From contig JBBRAE010000009.1 of NCBI GenBank assembly GCA_038207085.1, positions 1 through 64,000 of the forward strand: DNA of 64,000 nucleotides, given 5' to 3'. The translations under genes and the position numbers were made by a program. The notes beneath the pieces were generated by a model. The model made no database searches. It saw nothing but the letters and a program-made list of their open reading frames with translations, and was not told where the DNA came from. Positions within the stretch are counted from its first letter, which is position 1. Every line of letters begins with the position of its first letter. This stretch comes from Armatimonadota bacterium. Its GTDB lineage: Bacteria > Armatimonadota > UBA5829 > DTLH01. Of the stretch, positions 18,774-28,583 are shown piece by piece.

Positions 18774-21176
18774 TTGCTGTACATACAGTCAACCCGATGG
18801 CGCGCTATTGCGCCAGTGAGACGGAAAGGACTCCGATCTACTTTGCGTAAGGCAGTGTCGCGCAAACGCAAACCAGCCAGGACAGCGTCTAGGTCGTCCA
18901 GAACGATCAAAAGTCAGAGCCGGAACGAAAACAAGCTCTTTGACATGATCGGGATTGCCCTCGTGTTCCTCGGGCCGGCGATACTGATTTGCCTGCTCGC
19001 GCCGGGGAACTGCGGGTCGCTTGGTGACTTGGTCTGCGACGTCCTGAAGAACCTCGTAGGGGATGGGGCCTATGTGTTCCCGGTTCTTTGCGTGTTTATT
19101 GGGGTGACCTTTATCGTCGGGCCGATCTCCGCGTGGTCGCGAAACGCCGGGATTGGCGGCACATTGATATTTTTGGTGATAATCGGCTGGATGGGCCTTG
19201 TCGGACACGTCCGTGACGCGGCATGGATCGACGCCGGCGGGATAATCGGGTCGGTGATGGGGATCGGGATTGACAAGGCGCTTGGGCAGTTGGTCGGAAA
19301 GATCCTGCTTTCGCTTGTCGCGGTGATCGGGCTTTACGTCGCGGTCGACCTGCCGATTGCGTCGCTGATCGAGCACGCGAGGCGGGTATCCTCAAGCGCG
19401 CGCGATCGGCTGACGCCTCTTGCTGAGGTCGTGAGGAAAGAAAAGCCCGAACAGCTCGAAACGCCCAAGAAGAACGGCAAAAAGCCTGAGGTCGAGGAAG
19501 AGGACAAGCCGAAGCGTCGGCTGCTCCCGATACTTGTTCGAAAGGGCGACCTGGAGGCCGAGGAAGTTCCCTCAAAGCCCGAGCAGAGGAAGATTCCGTT
19601 TAGCTTCGGGGATGTCCCCAAGGCTTCAGCGCCCAAGGCGTCTGAAAAGGCCGCCAAGCCTTCGGGCGATGAACCCGAGGAGGAGTTCGATGAGTTCCGC
19701 CTGCCGCCGCTTTCGCTTTTGGCGGAGGTGAAGCCCCCGCCTCAGAGGATAGAGTCGGAGCTTAAGACGAACGTCGAGGTGATCGAGCGCACGCTTGAAG
19801 AGTTCGGCGTGCCTGCGGACGTGGTCGAGATCGCGCATGGGCCCACCGTCACGCGCTACGAGATCAGACTTGCGCCGGGGATCAAGGTCAACAAGATCGT
19901 GAACCTCGCCGACAACCTCGCGATGAGTCTTGCAGCGATCGATGTGCGCATAGAAGCGCCGATTCCGGGCAAGTCCGCGATCGGGGTCGAAGTTCCGAAC
20001 AAAAGCGCGGGGATGGTCTGCCTGAAAGAGGTGATCGACTCCGACGCCTTCCGTGCTGCTGAGTCGAAGCTTACTTTTGTGCTCGGAAAAGACGTTGCGG
20101 GCGAGGTGAAAGTCGCCGATCTTGCGCGGATGCCGCATATGCTTGTCGCTGGGTCTACCAACTCGGGCAAAAGCGTCTGCCTTAACGCGCTGATTATGAG
20201 CTGGCTTTACAGGTGCACGCCGGACGAGCTCAAGATGATCCTGATCGACCCTAAGCGCGTTGAGCTAAGCCTCTTTGAAGGGATTCCGCACCTTGCAGCG
20301 CCGGTCGTCAAAGATTCCAAGCTTGCCGCTGGGATCCTTCGGGCTGCGACTCGGGAGATGGACAACCGCTACGAGCTTGTCGCGCGCGCTGGTTGCCGGA
20401 ACATCACGAGTTACAACGAGAAGATGCCCGAGGGCGAGCGCCTGCCGTATCTGCTGATCGTGGTCGACGAGCTTGCCGACCTTATGATGCAGTCGGCGGC
20501 GGAGGTTGAGACCTCCATTTGCCGGATCGCGCAGCTTGCCCGAGCGGTGGGTATTCATCTCGTGATCGCGACGCAGCGGCCTTCGGTCGATGTCGTGACG
20601 GGGCTTATCAAGGCTAATATTTCGAGCCGGATCGCATTTGCTGTATCAAGCCAGATCGACTCCAGAACGATCATCGACCAGAACGGCGCGGAGCGCTTGA
20701 TCGGTCGGGGTGACATGCTGTTCTCGCCGATCGACGCGCAAAAGCCGATGCGTGTGCAGGGCTGCTACGTGAGCGAGGATGAGATTCACCGAGTAGTGGA
20801 CTTCCTGAAGACTCAGCGGAAACCGATGTACACGATCGAGGCAAGCGACATCACCGCTTCAGGCCACGGGCGCGACGAGGTGGACGGCGGAAGCACCGAC
20901 GAGCTTTACGAGCAGGCTGTTCGGATGATCGTAACAAGTGGCTACGCGTCGACATCGATGATCCAGCGCAAGTTCAAGATCGGCTACACCCGCGCCGCTC
21001 GACTCGTCGACGCGATGGAGGTGCAGGGCATAGTAGGTGCGCTCGACGGCGCAAAGCCGCGCGAGGTCTTGATCCAAAAGACCGAACTAGACAAGATTTT
21101 CGGCAACCCAATCCGGGGCTCGTCGCCGTTTGACAAAGACGATGACGATGAGGACGATGGCGGGGACGACGAGTAG
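18774..21176 (+). CDS. ftsK: DNA translocase FtsK/SpoIIIE (true start probably 18816-18855)
   Basis: N-terminal TM helices; PHMLVAGSTNSGKS, IDPKRVEL, ATQRPSVDV; gamma domain IGYTRAARLVD. Confidence 0.95.
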   Translation: MLYIQSTRWRAIAPVRRKGLRSTLRKAVSRKRKPARTASRSSRTIKSQSRNENKLFDMIGIALVFLGPAILICLLAPGNCGSLGDLVCDVLKNLVGDGAYVFPVLCVFIGVTFIVGPISAWSRNAGIGGTLIFLVIIGWMGLVGHVRDAAWIDAGGIIGSVMGIGIDKALGQLVGKILLSLVAVIGLYVAVDLPIASLIEHARRVSSSARDRLTPLAEVVRKEKPEQLETPKKNGKKPEVEEEDKPKRRLLPILVRKGDLEAEEVPSKPEQRKIPFSFGDVPKASAPKASEKAAKPSGDEPEEEFDEFRLPPLSLLAEVKPPPQRIESELKTNVEVIERTLEEFGVPADVVEIAHGPTVTRYEIRLAPGIKVNKIVNLADNLAMSLAAIDVRIEAPIPGKSAIGVEVPNKSAGMVCLKEVIDSDAFRAAESKLTFVLGKDVAGEVKVADLARMPHMLVAGSTNSGKSVCLNALIMSWLYRCTPDELKMILIDPKRVELSLFEGIPHLAAPVVKDSKLAAGILRAATREMDNRYELVARAGCRNITSYNEKMPEGERLPYLLIVVDELADLMMQSAAEVETSICRIAQLARAVGIHLVIATQRPSVDVVTGLIKANISSRIAFAVSSQIDSRTIIDQNGAERLIGRGDMLFSPIDAQKPMRVQGCYVSEDEIHRVVDFLKTQRKPMYTIEASDITASGHGRDEVDGGSTDELYEQAVRMIVTSGYASTSMIQRKFKIGYTRAARLVDAMEVQGIVGALDGAKPREVLIQKTELDKIFGNPIRGSSPFDKDDDDEDDGGDDE

Positions 21177-21283
21177 GGTTTTGAACCACGAAGGGCACGA
21201 AATGGACGAAGAACACGAAAGGTTCGGGGCCCTCTATGGGATGCGTTGTCTATAAGTGTGGGAGATTCCGCTCTGGTAAGGTT

Positions 21284-21571
21284 ATGGAACTAAGCGAGCT
21301 AAGACAAAGGCGAAATGGGATTCTGAGAGTTGCGGCAAGTCACGGTGCGAGCAACGTCCGTGTCTTTGGCTCTGTAGCCAGAGGTGAGGCCGGACCGGAA
21401 AGCGACGTTGACTTTCTTGTCGATCTGTAGAGTGGACGAAGCCTTCTTGATCATGCTGCGTTGCTTGTGGACTTGGAATCGCTTCTTGGAGACAAGGTCG
21501 ATGTTGCTACGGTGACCGGACTCAAAGAACGGATCAGGGACCGCGTGCTCAGAGAATTGGTAGCACTGTGA
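21284..21571 (+). pseudogene. Minimal nucleotidyltransferase (MntA-like antitoxin) with internal TAG
   Basis: [51 protein letters not shown]...RIRDRVLRELVAL; TAG at 21428-21430. Confidence 0.85.
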
Positions 21572-21744
21572 GCAACATTGCAAAGCGAATTCTCTTACTC
21601 GTGACGGGCTTTTTGGTGGATTGTGCTGCCTGGGGAGTTGGTCTGAACATCAGCAATCGGGCAGTGGGAGTATCAGTAACCGTGCTTGGCAGTATACTTG
21701 GCATATCAATGATTGTGGCCTCCATGCGCCACACTGGTCGCTGA
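21568..21744 (+). CDS. Putative 58-aa two-TM membrane peptide
   Basis: GTGA overlap with the MNT stop; MSNIAKRILLLVTGFLVDCAAWGVGLNISNRAVGVSVTVLGSILGISMIVASMRHTGR. Confidence 0.4.
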   Translation: MSNIAKRILLLVTGFLVDCAAWGVGLNISNRAVGVSVTVLGSILGISMIVASMRHTGR

Positions 21745-21747
21745 TAC

Positions 21748-21819
21748 GATGTTGCTGAAATATCGGCTCTGAAGGTGAAAGTTCGAGATAAGGTGCTTCG
21801 GTAAGCTGTAGCACTGTGA
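21748..21819 (+). pseudogene. Second MNT C-terminal remnant
   Basis: DVAEISALKVKVRDKVLR*AVAL* parallels DVATVTGLKERIRDRVLRELVAL*; shares GTAGCACTGTGAG with 21560-21572. Confidence 0.6.
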
Positions 21820-21829
21820 GGAATCTGAA

Positions 21830-23128
21830 ATAAGGGTACAATTAGTAAGTTTGGGCTGTCCTAAGAATCTTGTCGATTCTGAGGAGATGGTTGGGGCGCT
21901 GGTCGGGGCCGGGCACGAGATGGTGGCCGAGGGCCAGAACGCCGATGTGGTGGTTATTAACACCTGCGGGTTTATTACGAGCGCCAAGCAGGAGTCTATA
22001 GACGCTGTCTTTGAGGCGGTGCGGCTGAAGTCGGGTGGATGCAAGTCCGTCATTGTGGCCGGGTGCCTTGCCCAGAGATACGCAGATCAGCTTCGGGTGG
22101 AGATGCCTGAGGTCGATGCGTTTGTCGGGGTGGGGCGCAATAGCGAGCTTCCGAGGATCGTCGAGGAGACGCTTGCGGGGAAGAACCTCGTGGACTGCCG
22201 AGCGCCGAAATCGAGCTGGGGCGAAAACGTGCAGCGCGTGCGTTCGACGCCGCCCTGGACGGCTTATCTCAGAGTCGCCGACGGGTGCGACAATCGCTGC
22301 TCGTACTGCGCGATTCCCGATATTCGGGGAAGTTTTTCGTCGAGGCCGCCGGAGCAGGTGATCGCTGAAGCGCGTCGGATGGCCGCCGAAGGCGTGCTTG
22401 AGGTGAACCTTGTAGGCCAGGATGTGACCCGCTACGGCGAGGACATTCCCGGATGGAGCCTTGAGCGGCTCGCCGGTGAGATCACCAAAATAGACGGGCT
22501 TCGCTGGATCAGGCTGATGTACTGCTATCCGACGAGGATTACGCAGGGGCTGATAGAGCTTGTAGCCCGCGAACCGAAGATCGTGAAGTACCTGGATATC
22601 CCGTTCCAGCACGGGGAGGACCGGGTCCTCGCGGCGATGAACAGGCGCGGGACGAGCGCGGAGTATATCGAGCTTATCGGTAGGATCAAGGCCGCGTGCC
22701 CGGAGATCGCGCTTCGGACCTCGATCATCGTCGGGTTCCCCGGCGAGACCGACGAGGAGTTCGAGACGTTACTTGAGTTTGTAAGACAGATCGACTTTGA
22801 CCGAGTGGGAGCCTTCACTTTCTCCCGCGAGGACGGAACTCCCGCGGCAGAGCTTAAGCCGTTGGTGTCCAAAAAGGTCGCAAACGCCCGTTACGGGCGG
22901 CTTATGGAGCTTGCGCAGGAGATTTCGGCCAGGAAAAACGCCGAAATGATCGGGCGCGAGATTGAAGTGCTGGTCGAAGGCGAGGGTTTTGGTAGAAGCT
23001 ACCGGGACGCGCCGGAGATCGACGGAATTGTCAGGCTTATCGGGGACGCGAGTCCGGGCGAGATCGTCCGAGCCGTGGTCACCGATTCAGATGTATACGA
23101 CATTACAGCAAAAGTTCATAGGGGCTAG
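21830..23128 (+). CDS. rimO: Ribosomal protein S12 methylthiotransferase RimO (start uncertain: ATA21830 or TTG21851)
   Basis: SLGCPKNLVDSE, INTCGFI, GCDNRCSYCAIP radical SAM motif, APEIDG TRAM domain. Confidence 0.93.
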   Translation: MRVQLVSLGCPKNLVDSEEMVGALVGAGHEMVAEGQNADVVVINTCGFITSAKQESIDAVFEAVRLKSGGCKSVIVAGCLAQRYADQLRVEMPEVDAFVGVGRNSELPRIVEETLAGKNLVDCRAPKSSWGENVQRVRSTPPWTAYLRVADGCDNRCSYCAIPDIRGSFSSRPPEQVIAEARRMAAEGVLEVNLVGQDVTRYGEDIPGWSLERLAGEITKIDGLRWIRLMYCYPTRITQGLIELVAREPKIVKYLDIPFQHGEDRVLAAMNRRGTSAEYIELIGRIKAACPEIALRTSIIVGFPGETDEEFETLLEFVRQIDFDRVGAFTFSREDGTPAAELKPLVSKKVANARYGRLMELAQEISARKNAEMIGREIEVLVEGEGFGRSYRDAPEIDGIVRLIGDASPGEIVRAVVTDSDVYDITAKVHRG

Positions 23129-23218
23129 GGGCCAGGGGTTAGAGGCTGGTAGAAATGGCCCGGATTGCAAATCCGGCCCAACATACGCCAGCCGCCATCC
23201 CCCAACCCCCATCCCCCC
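23121..23218. repeat. G-rich heptamer array with downstream C-rich complement
   Basis: GGGGCTA GGGGCCA GGGGTTA GAGGCTG ... CCATCCC CCAACCC CCATCCC. Confidence 0.65.
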
Positions 23219-23240
23219 GACCAAACAGGAGGATTTACGC

Positions 23241-25085
23241 GTGAGTAAAGCAGCAAAGCTTGAGATAGCGGACCCGGTCCGCGCAGCGGCGCTTGTGTAT
23301 TTGTCCGATAGAGCCTACGATGCGCTCGTCGGACGCGAGGAGCCCGCCAAAACCGGCGAGATTCTGCGTGAAGTCGGCATGGAGGATATGACCCTTCGAA
23401 TGATCCGGCACGCGCTTGTGTCCAGCAGCAGGTTCGTGCCCATCGACAGACGATGGTCGCTCGGCAGCCGCTATGAGGACAAACAGCAGACTTTCGAGAG
23501 GATCGTCGAGGACGTGCTCGCGGGCTGCGGCCGCACTATGCCGCTTGCACTGCTCGCACAGGAGCTGTCTCTTACACACGACCGCACAGCCGAGTACTAC
23601 GAAGAGATGCTTCCCAAAATCCTTGGCCGACACGAGAAGTTCTTTGGGATCAACGGCGAGCGCTTCGGACTTTCGAGCTGGCTTGTAAGCTCCGAGTCTG
23701 AGGAAGCCGACGATGTGCTCTTTGAGAACTTCATGGACGAGTCGATGGTCAAGCCTTTCCACAAGATCGCAAAAGACTTTGTCTGGGACGCAGACGACCT
23801 CGACGGCAGCGCTGATAAGTTCGTCACTGCCGTCGGCAGCCCTGTCCCGACCAAGGTGCTCGCGTTCTTTGCGTGGGAATCGATCCGCGAGGAGTATGAC
23901 CCGATCGAGTTCTACGAGATCATCCAGGACTCCGACAGGGTCGAGATTATGTCGTCCCAGAGCGTCATTTCTGCTGCTCAGAAGCAGGACCTCCTTAAGA
24001 CGCTTCAGGAGTTTTCAAGTGAGCTTGAGGAGCTTCCAATGGAGGCTGACGAGGAGGCCGCTGAGGTCCGTCCAGTCACCATATCCGAGACCGACCGCGA
24101 CGAGATCGTGGAGCTTGTTTTTGGGCGTGACGATGCCGTGGCCGCGGACGATATTATCGAAAGCGTCCTTGAGATGACCCCGAGCGAGCGTGGCTACGAC
24201 GAGGCGCTTGCAAGTCTGAAAGCTGCCCTTGAAGGCGAAGAGCGGATCATCGATGTCGGCTTCAACCGCTGGAAGCCCGCGGGCACGATCCCTGACTTTG
24301 TGCACGAGGTCTCGGCTGGGCTGCTCATCCCTGAGACGCTGCCGTTTGAGACGCCCGAAGGCGACATGTACGATCAGGAACTCGAAGACGACGGACTTGA
24401 AGGCGGACTCCGCCAGGAGATCACCAACCCGCTTGTCGAGGATGTCTTCGACGAGGACCCGACCGATACCCACTATCAGCCGTTTGACGTCTCCCAGCGC
24501 GCGGTCTTGAAGTATCATCACAAGGAGGCCGGAACGCTTCCTTTGATTCAGTTCCACCCCAATTTCTTTGGGTCGGAGCCGAAGGTGATCGAGATCACGC
24601 TTATGGACGAGGGAATCCGCCGCAAGGTATGGGTCAACAACGTGACCCGACTCGTCTACGGGATGAAGGACTGGTTCAGCGCCGACATGCCCGTCTCGGG
24701 AGCGACGTTTGAGCTCTACAAGACCGACCGCCCCGGTGAGTTCCGGTTCGTTTACGACAACCGCACCGATGCAAACGTCTTTGTGCCTACGACCAGGCTC
24801 CTTGAGCTCCTTGATATCAAGAACGAGGCCGAATCGGGCGAGATGCCGGTATTTGACATCATCACCCGGATTCTGGAGCACTACCGCAAGGGCATCGGCT
24901 TTGTGCCGCTGTTTACCGAAGTGAACCTCGTTCGCAGAGTGACAAGAAGGCTCGTTGCGTCGATTCTTAGCTCTTACCACTGCTTCCACACCCGCGGCAA
25001 GACCGGCGAGTGGCAGTACGACGAGAAGAAACGAACGCAGGGATTTAACAAGGCAAAGAAGAAATACATAAAGAAGAGCTCTTAG
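23241..25085 (+). CDS. Acidic hypothetical protein with probable multiple winged-helix modules
   Basis: AGGAGG SD before GTG23241; repeated helix-turn-wing-like segments ending RFVPIDRRWSL, KFFGINGERFGL, RIIDVGFNRW, CFHTRGKTGEW. Confidence 0.75.
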   Translation: MSKAAKLEIADPVRAAALVYLSDRAYDALVGREEPAKTGEILREVGMEDMTLRMIRHALVSSSRFVPIDRRWSLGSRYEDKQQTFERIVEDVLAGCGRTMPLALLAQELSLTHDRTAEYYEEMLPKILGRHEKFFGINGERFGLSSWLVSSESEEADDVLFENFMDESMVKPFHKIAKDFVWDADDLDGSADKFVTAVGSPVPTKVLAFFAWESIREEYDPIEFYEIIQDSDRVEIMSSQSVISAAQKQDLLKTLQEFSSELEELPMEADEEAAEVRPVTISETDRDEIVELVFGRDDAVAADDIIESVLEMTPSERGYDEALASLKAALEGEERIIDVGFNRWKPAGTIPDFVHEVSAGLLIPETLPFETPEGDMYDQELEDDGLEGGLRQEITNPLVEDVFDEDPTDTHYQPFDVSQRAVLKYHHKEAGTLPLIQFHPNFFGSEPKVIEITLMDEGIRRKVWVNNVTRLVYGMKDWFSADMPVSGATFELYKTDRPGEFRFVYDNRTDANVFVPTTRLLELLDIKNEAESGEMPVFDIITRILEHYRKGIGFVPLFTEVNLVRRVTRRLVASILSSYHCFHTRGKTGEWQYDEKKRTQGFNKAKKKYIKKSS

Positions 25086-25203
25086 CGGTAGTTAGCCGTT
25101 AGCAATCGGTCTGATGACCCCGGGGACGTGACAGCACTCGCCGGGGTCATCGGCTGTGTCGCAAGGCTGCTCGCTAACCGCTAATAGTTAATGGCTAATA
25201 GCT
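25081..25203. repeat. Heptamer GTTAGC/GCTAA inverted arrays around a GC hairpin
   Basis: CTTAGCG GTAGTTAGCC GTTAGC ... GATGACCCCGG/CCGGGGTCATC ... GCTAACC GCTAATA GTTAATG GCTAATA. Confidence 0.6.
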
Positions 25204-25207
25204 TATT

Positions 25208-26653
25208 ATGATTAGAGTTCGATTCGCGCCGAGCCCTACGGGCTCACCACATATTGGGAATATCAGGACGGCCATTTTTGACTGGCTGTACGCCCGGCAT
25301 ACCGGCGGCAAGTTCGTGCTTCGGATCGAGGACACGGACCAGGCCCGGTATGTCGAAGGCGCGCTTGAGGAGATGATGAACGATCTCCGATGGATGGGCA
25401 TGCAGTGGGACGAAGGCCCCGAGGTCGGCGGCGACTTTGGACCCTACTTCCAAAGTGAGCGCCTTGACATCTATCACAAGTACGCCGGCGAGCTTATCGC
25501 AGCTGGCAAGGCCTACAAGTGCTATTGCACAAGTGAGCGCTTGACCGAGATGCGCGAGGCCCAGCAGGCTGCGGGCAAAACTACGGGGTACGACCGTCGC
25601 TGCCGAAGTCTTTCGGAGGCTGAGCTTGAGAGCTCGGGCAAACCCTACGTGGTTCGTTTTGCGATGCCTGAATCGGGCACTTCGAGCTATCAAGATGTCG
25701 TGCGGGGGAGCGAACTGTCGTTTGATAACTCGCTTCAGGACGACTTCGTGATGCTGAAAAGCGACGGTTTCCCCACCTACAACTTCGCAAGCGTCGTCGA
25801 CGACCACCTGATGGAGATAAGCCATGTTTTTCGGGGCGAGGAGTATATCTCCAGCATGCCCAAGTATATCTATCTCTACGAGGCGCTCGGTTGGGAGCAG
25901 CCGGTTTGGGTGCACGTGCCGCTGATCCTCGGACCGGACAAGAGCAAGCTTTCCAAGCGCCACGGGGCCGTGAACTTCTCAAGCTACATCGGGGAGGGCT
26001 ATCTGCCAGAGGCGATGATCAACTTCCTCGCGCTCCTCGGCTGGTCGGACTCCGGAGACAAAGATCTGTACACTATCGATGAGTTGGTCGAGCGTTTTGA
26101 CATCAGTGGGATTATCAACCATCCCGCGATTTTTGATTCTTCGAAGCTTTTGTGGATGAATGGGGTATACATCAGGCAAAAGAGCATCGACGAGCTCCTC
26201 GCGCTCTGCCTGCCTTACTTGCAGGAGGTGGGCCTCGTGCCTGAGAATCCCGACGAGCCGACGCTTACTTACACGAAGAAAGTGCTTGCGCTCATTCACG
26301 ATCGCCTGAAGCTTCTTTCCGAAGCGCCGGAGATGTCTGAGTTCTTCTTCAAAGATGACCTCACCTTCGAGCAAAAAGGCGTCGACAAGTGGCTCGCGAA
26401 GCCCGAAACGCCCGCGGTGCTCGAGCATGTCGCAGAGCGTATCGAAAGCCTCGGGGACTGGTCGGTCGAGGCGATCGAGGCGACGGTCCGGGAGGCAGGC
26501 GTCGAGGCCGGAGCCGAAGGTGGCAAGGTAATCCACCCCGTGCGGGTTTCAGTCACCGGCAGGACGACCGGGCCTGGGCTCTTTGAGACGATGGAAGCGC
26601 TCGGGCGCGAGAAGGTCGTTCAAAGACTGCGCAACGCCGCAGGTCGGGCCTGA
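25208..26653 (+). CDS. gltX: Glutamate--tRNA ligase
   Basis: RVRFAPSPTG, HIGN, LRIEDTD, KLSKRHG motifs. Confidence 0.97.
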   Translation: MIRVRFAPSPTGSPHIGNIRTAIFDWLYARHTGGKFVLRIEDTDQARYVEGALEEMMNDLRWMGMQWDEGPEVGGDFGPYFQSERLDIYHKYAGELIAAGKAYKCYCTSERLTEMREAQQAAGKTTGYDRRCRSLSEAELESSGKPYVVRFAMPESGTSSYQDVVRGSELSFDNSLQDDFVMLKSDGFPTYNFASVVDDHLMEISHVFRGEEYISSMPKYIYLYEALGWEQPVWVHVPLILGPDKSKLSKRHGAVNFSSYIGEGYLPEAMINFLALLGWSDSGDKDLYTIDELVERFDISGIINHPAIFDSSKLLWMNGVYIRQKSIDELLALCLPYLQEVGLVPENPDEPTLTYTKKVLALIHDRLKLLSEAPEMSEFFFKDDLTFEQKGVDKWLAKPETPAVLEHVAERIESLGDWSVEAIEATVREAGVEAGAEGGKVIHPVRVSVTGRTTGPGLFETMEALGREKVVQRLRNAAGRA

Positions 26654-26664
26654 GAGGTAATGCT

Positions 26665-27975
26665 ATGATAAAGCGCGTCCACATCAAAGGCTACAAGTCT
26701 CTTGTTGATATGGAAGTCTCGCTTCAGCCGCTTTCGGTGCTGTTCGGCCCGAATGCGGCTGGAAAAAGCAACTTTCTGGACGCGCTTCAGCTTCTCTCTC
26801 GAATTGCGACGAGTAGAACGCTCAGCGACGCTTTTGCTCCACCATACCGAGGGAAACCGCTTGAGTCGTTCACTTTTGGGCCGGATGGCGTGAAGGGGTT
26901 GCTCTCGCAGGAGTCGGTTTCGTTTGAGATCGAGGTGGATGTTGAGTTGTCTCAGGCAACAATTGACGCAGTCGATAGGCAAGTCCGTGAGACTACCTCG
27001 GAAGCAACTGTAAGAGCTGCAAGAAGCATACCTATGGGGCAGTCCCTAGTCAGCCAGCGATATCTGCGCTATGGCGTTGCAATAGAGATGCTTCCCCAAA
27101 CCGGGGCTATCAGAGTGAGTAGTGAATATCTTGCGGCCATTTCGCCTGATGGTCTTCTAAAGACTGATATTGATCTTTTCCTTGAGACTAAGCACGACCA
27201 TCTGGAAGGGTCGGATATCTTTCCTTCGTCGCTGCTTCGGCCACGGCGTGCAAGTTATAGTGTAATGTCTAGTCCAATAAATGCTGAGTTGCTGCCGCAC
27301 CTTGCCGCGATGCGAGAAGAACTTGCAAGCTGGCAGTTCTATTATTTCGAGCCGCGAGAACATATGCGAGCCTCGACGCCGGTCAAAGAAGTTTATCACG
27401 TCGGCCTGATGGGCGAAGAGCTCGCAGCCTATCTTAACACCTTGCGGCTGACTGACGAGAAACAGTTTAGAGCAGTCGTGAGTGCGCTTCGAATGATTAT
27501 TCCGTCGGTCAGCGACATAAGCGTCAGGGTAAACGATGTGGGCGAGGTCGATCTGGGGATCGTCCAGGACGGCGTTCTGATTCCGGCCCGAGTAATCTCC
27601 GAAGGCACGCTGCGGGTACTGGGACTCTTGACGCTCGCCGGGGCAAAGTATCCTCCGGCGGTTATCGGGATCGAGGAGCCGGAAAACGGTGTGCATCCCG
27701 GAAGGCTCAAGCTGATTGCGGAGTTCCTTCGCACACGAGTCGAGACTGGTCGAAGCCAGGTCATTGTTACGACCCATTCAGCGCTTCTGCCGGATATGAT
27801 ACCGGACGAGTATCTCTTTGTGTGCAGCCGGAAGGAAGGAAAGACTTCCATAACTCCACTTGCATCCTGGCTGCCTGAAGGTGAAGACTTGTGGACAGAG
27901 AACGAAACAAAGGCCGAAGAAGAGGAGTCCGTGCCGGTGTCGCAGAGGTTGCTTCGAGGGGATTTTGATGCGTAA
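26665..27975 (+). CDS. AAA_21/ABC-type ATPase
   Basis: VHIKGYKSL, FGPNAAGKSNFLDAL, ISEGTLR, IEEPENGVHP, IVTTHS. Confidence 0.9.
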   Translation: MIKRVHIKGYKSLVDMEVSLQPLSVLFGPNAAGKSNFLDALQLLSRIATSRTLSDAFAPPYRGKPLESFTFGPDGVKGLLSQESVSFEIEVDVELSQATIDAVDRQVRETTSEATVRAARSIPMGQSLVSQRYLRYGVAIEMLPQTGAIRVSSEYLAAISPDGLLKTDIDLFLETKHDHLEGSDIFPSSLLRPRRASYSVMSSPINAELLPHLAAMREELASWQFYYFEPREHMRASTPVKEVYHVGLMGEELAAYLNTLRLTDEKQFRAVVSALRMIIPSVSDISVRVNDVGEVDLGIVQDGVLIPARVISEGTLRVLGLLTLAGAKYPPAVIGIEEPENGVHPGRLKLIAEFLRTRVETGRSQVIVTTHSALLPDMIPDEYLFVCSRKEGKTSITPLASWLPEGEDLWTENETKAEEEESVPVSQRLLRGDFDA

Positions 27976-28579
27976 CATCAGCATATTCGTCGAAGACAGA
28001 GGGCACGAGGTCGTGATATCGACTCTGCTCAAGCGTTACGCCGAGCAATTTGGATTCGAAGTATCAGTTATATCGAGAAGCGTCACGGGCGGAAGAGGGA
28101 AGATGACGCGCGAACTGGCGCAGTATCTTCGGGAAGCCTCAATGTCGGCCACCGGCCTGCCGGACTTGATCGTCATTGCGACCGATGCTAACTGCAAAGG
28201 TCTCACAGCTTGGGAAAATGAGATGAGGACGATCGTCCAAAACAGTTTCCCCGGCTATGAGGGTTTGACTATTTATGCCGTTTCCGACCCGCACGTCGAG
28301 AGATGGCTTCTCATTGATTCGGCCGCTTTCAAAACAGTCCTGGGTAAGGGCTGCAAAGCGCCTGACAACAAGTGCGATAAAGACCGCTACAAGAAGTTGC
28401 TGATACAAGCGGTTCTTGATGCGGGCAGCGAACCGATCTTCGGCGGCATAGAGCACGCCGAAAACATAGTCAATCACATGAATCTGTCTAACGTCGAGTC
28501 TGCTGACCCATCTTTGGGTAGGTTCATCAAGAGCTTACGCAACCACTTCAACACTTGGAAGACACAAAGCGGGAGTTGA
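27968..28579 (+). CDS. DUF4276/TOPRIM-like partner protein
   Basis: ATG overlaps the ATPase end; IFVED...IVIATDAN...PHVERWLLID pattern. Confidence 0.7.
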   Translation: MRNISIFVEDRGHEVVISTLLKRYAEQFGFEVSVISRSVTGGRGKMTRELAQYLREASMSATGLPDLIVIATDANCKGLTAWENEMRTIVQNSFPGYEGLTIYAVSDPHVERWLLIDSAAFKTVLGKGCKAPDNKCDKDRYKKLLIQAVLDAGSEPIFGGIEHAENIVNHMNLSNVESADPSLGRFIKSLRNHFNTWKTQSGS

Positions 28580-28583
28580 ACAG

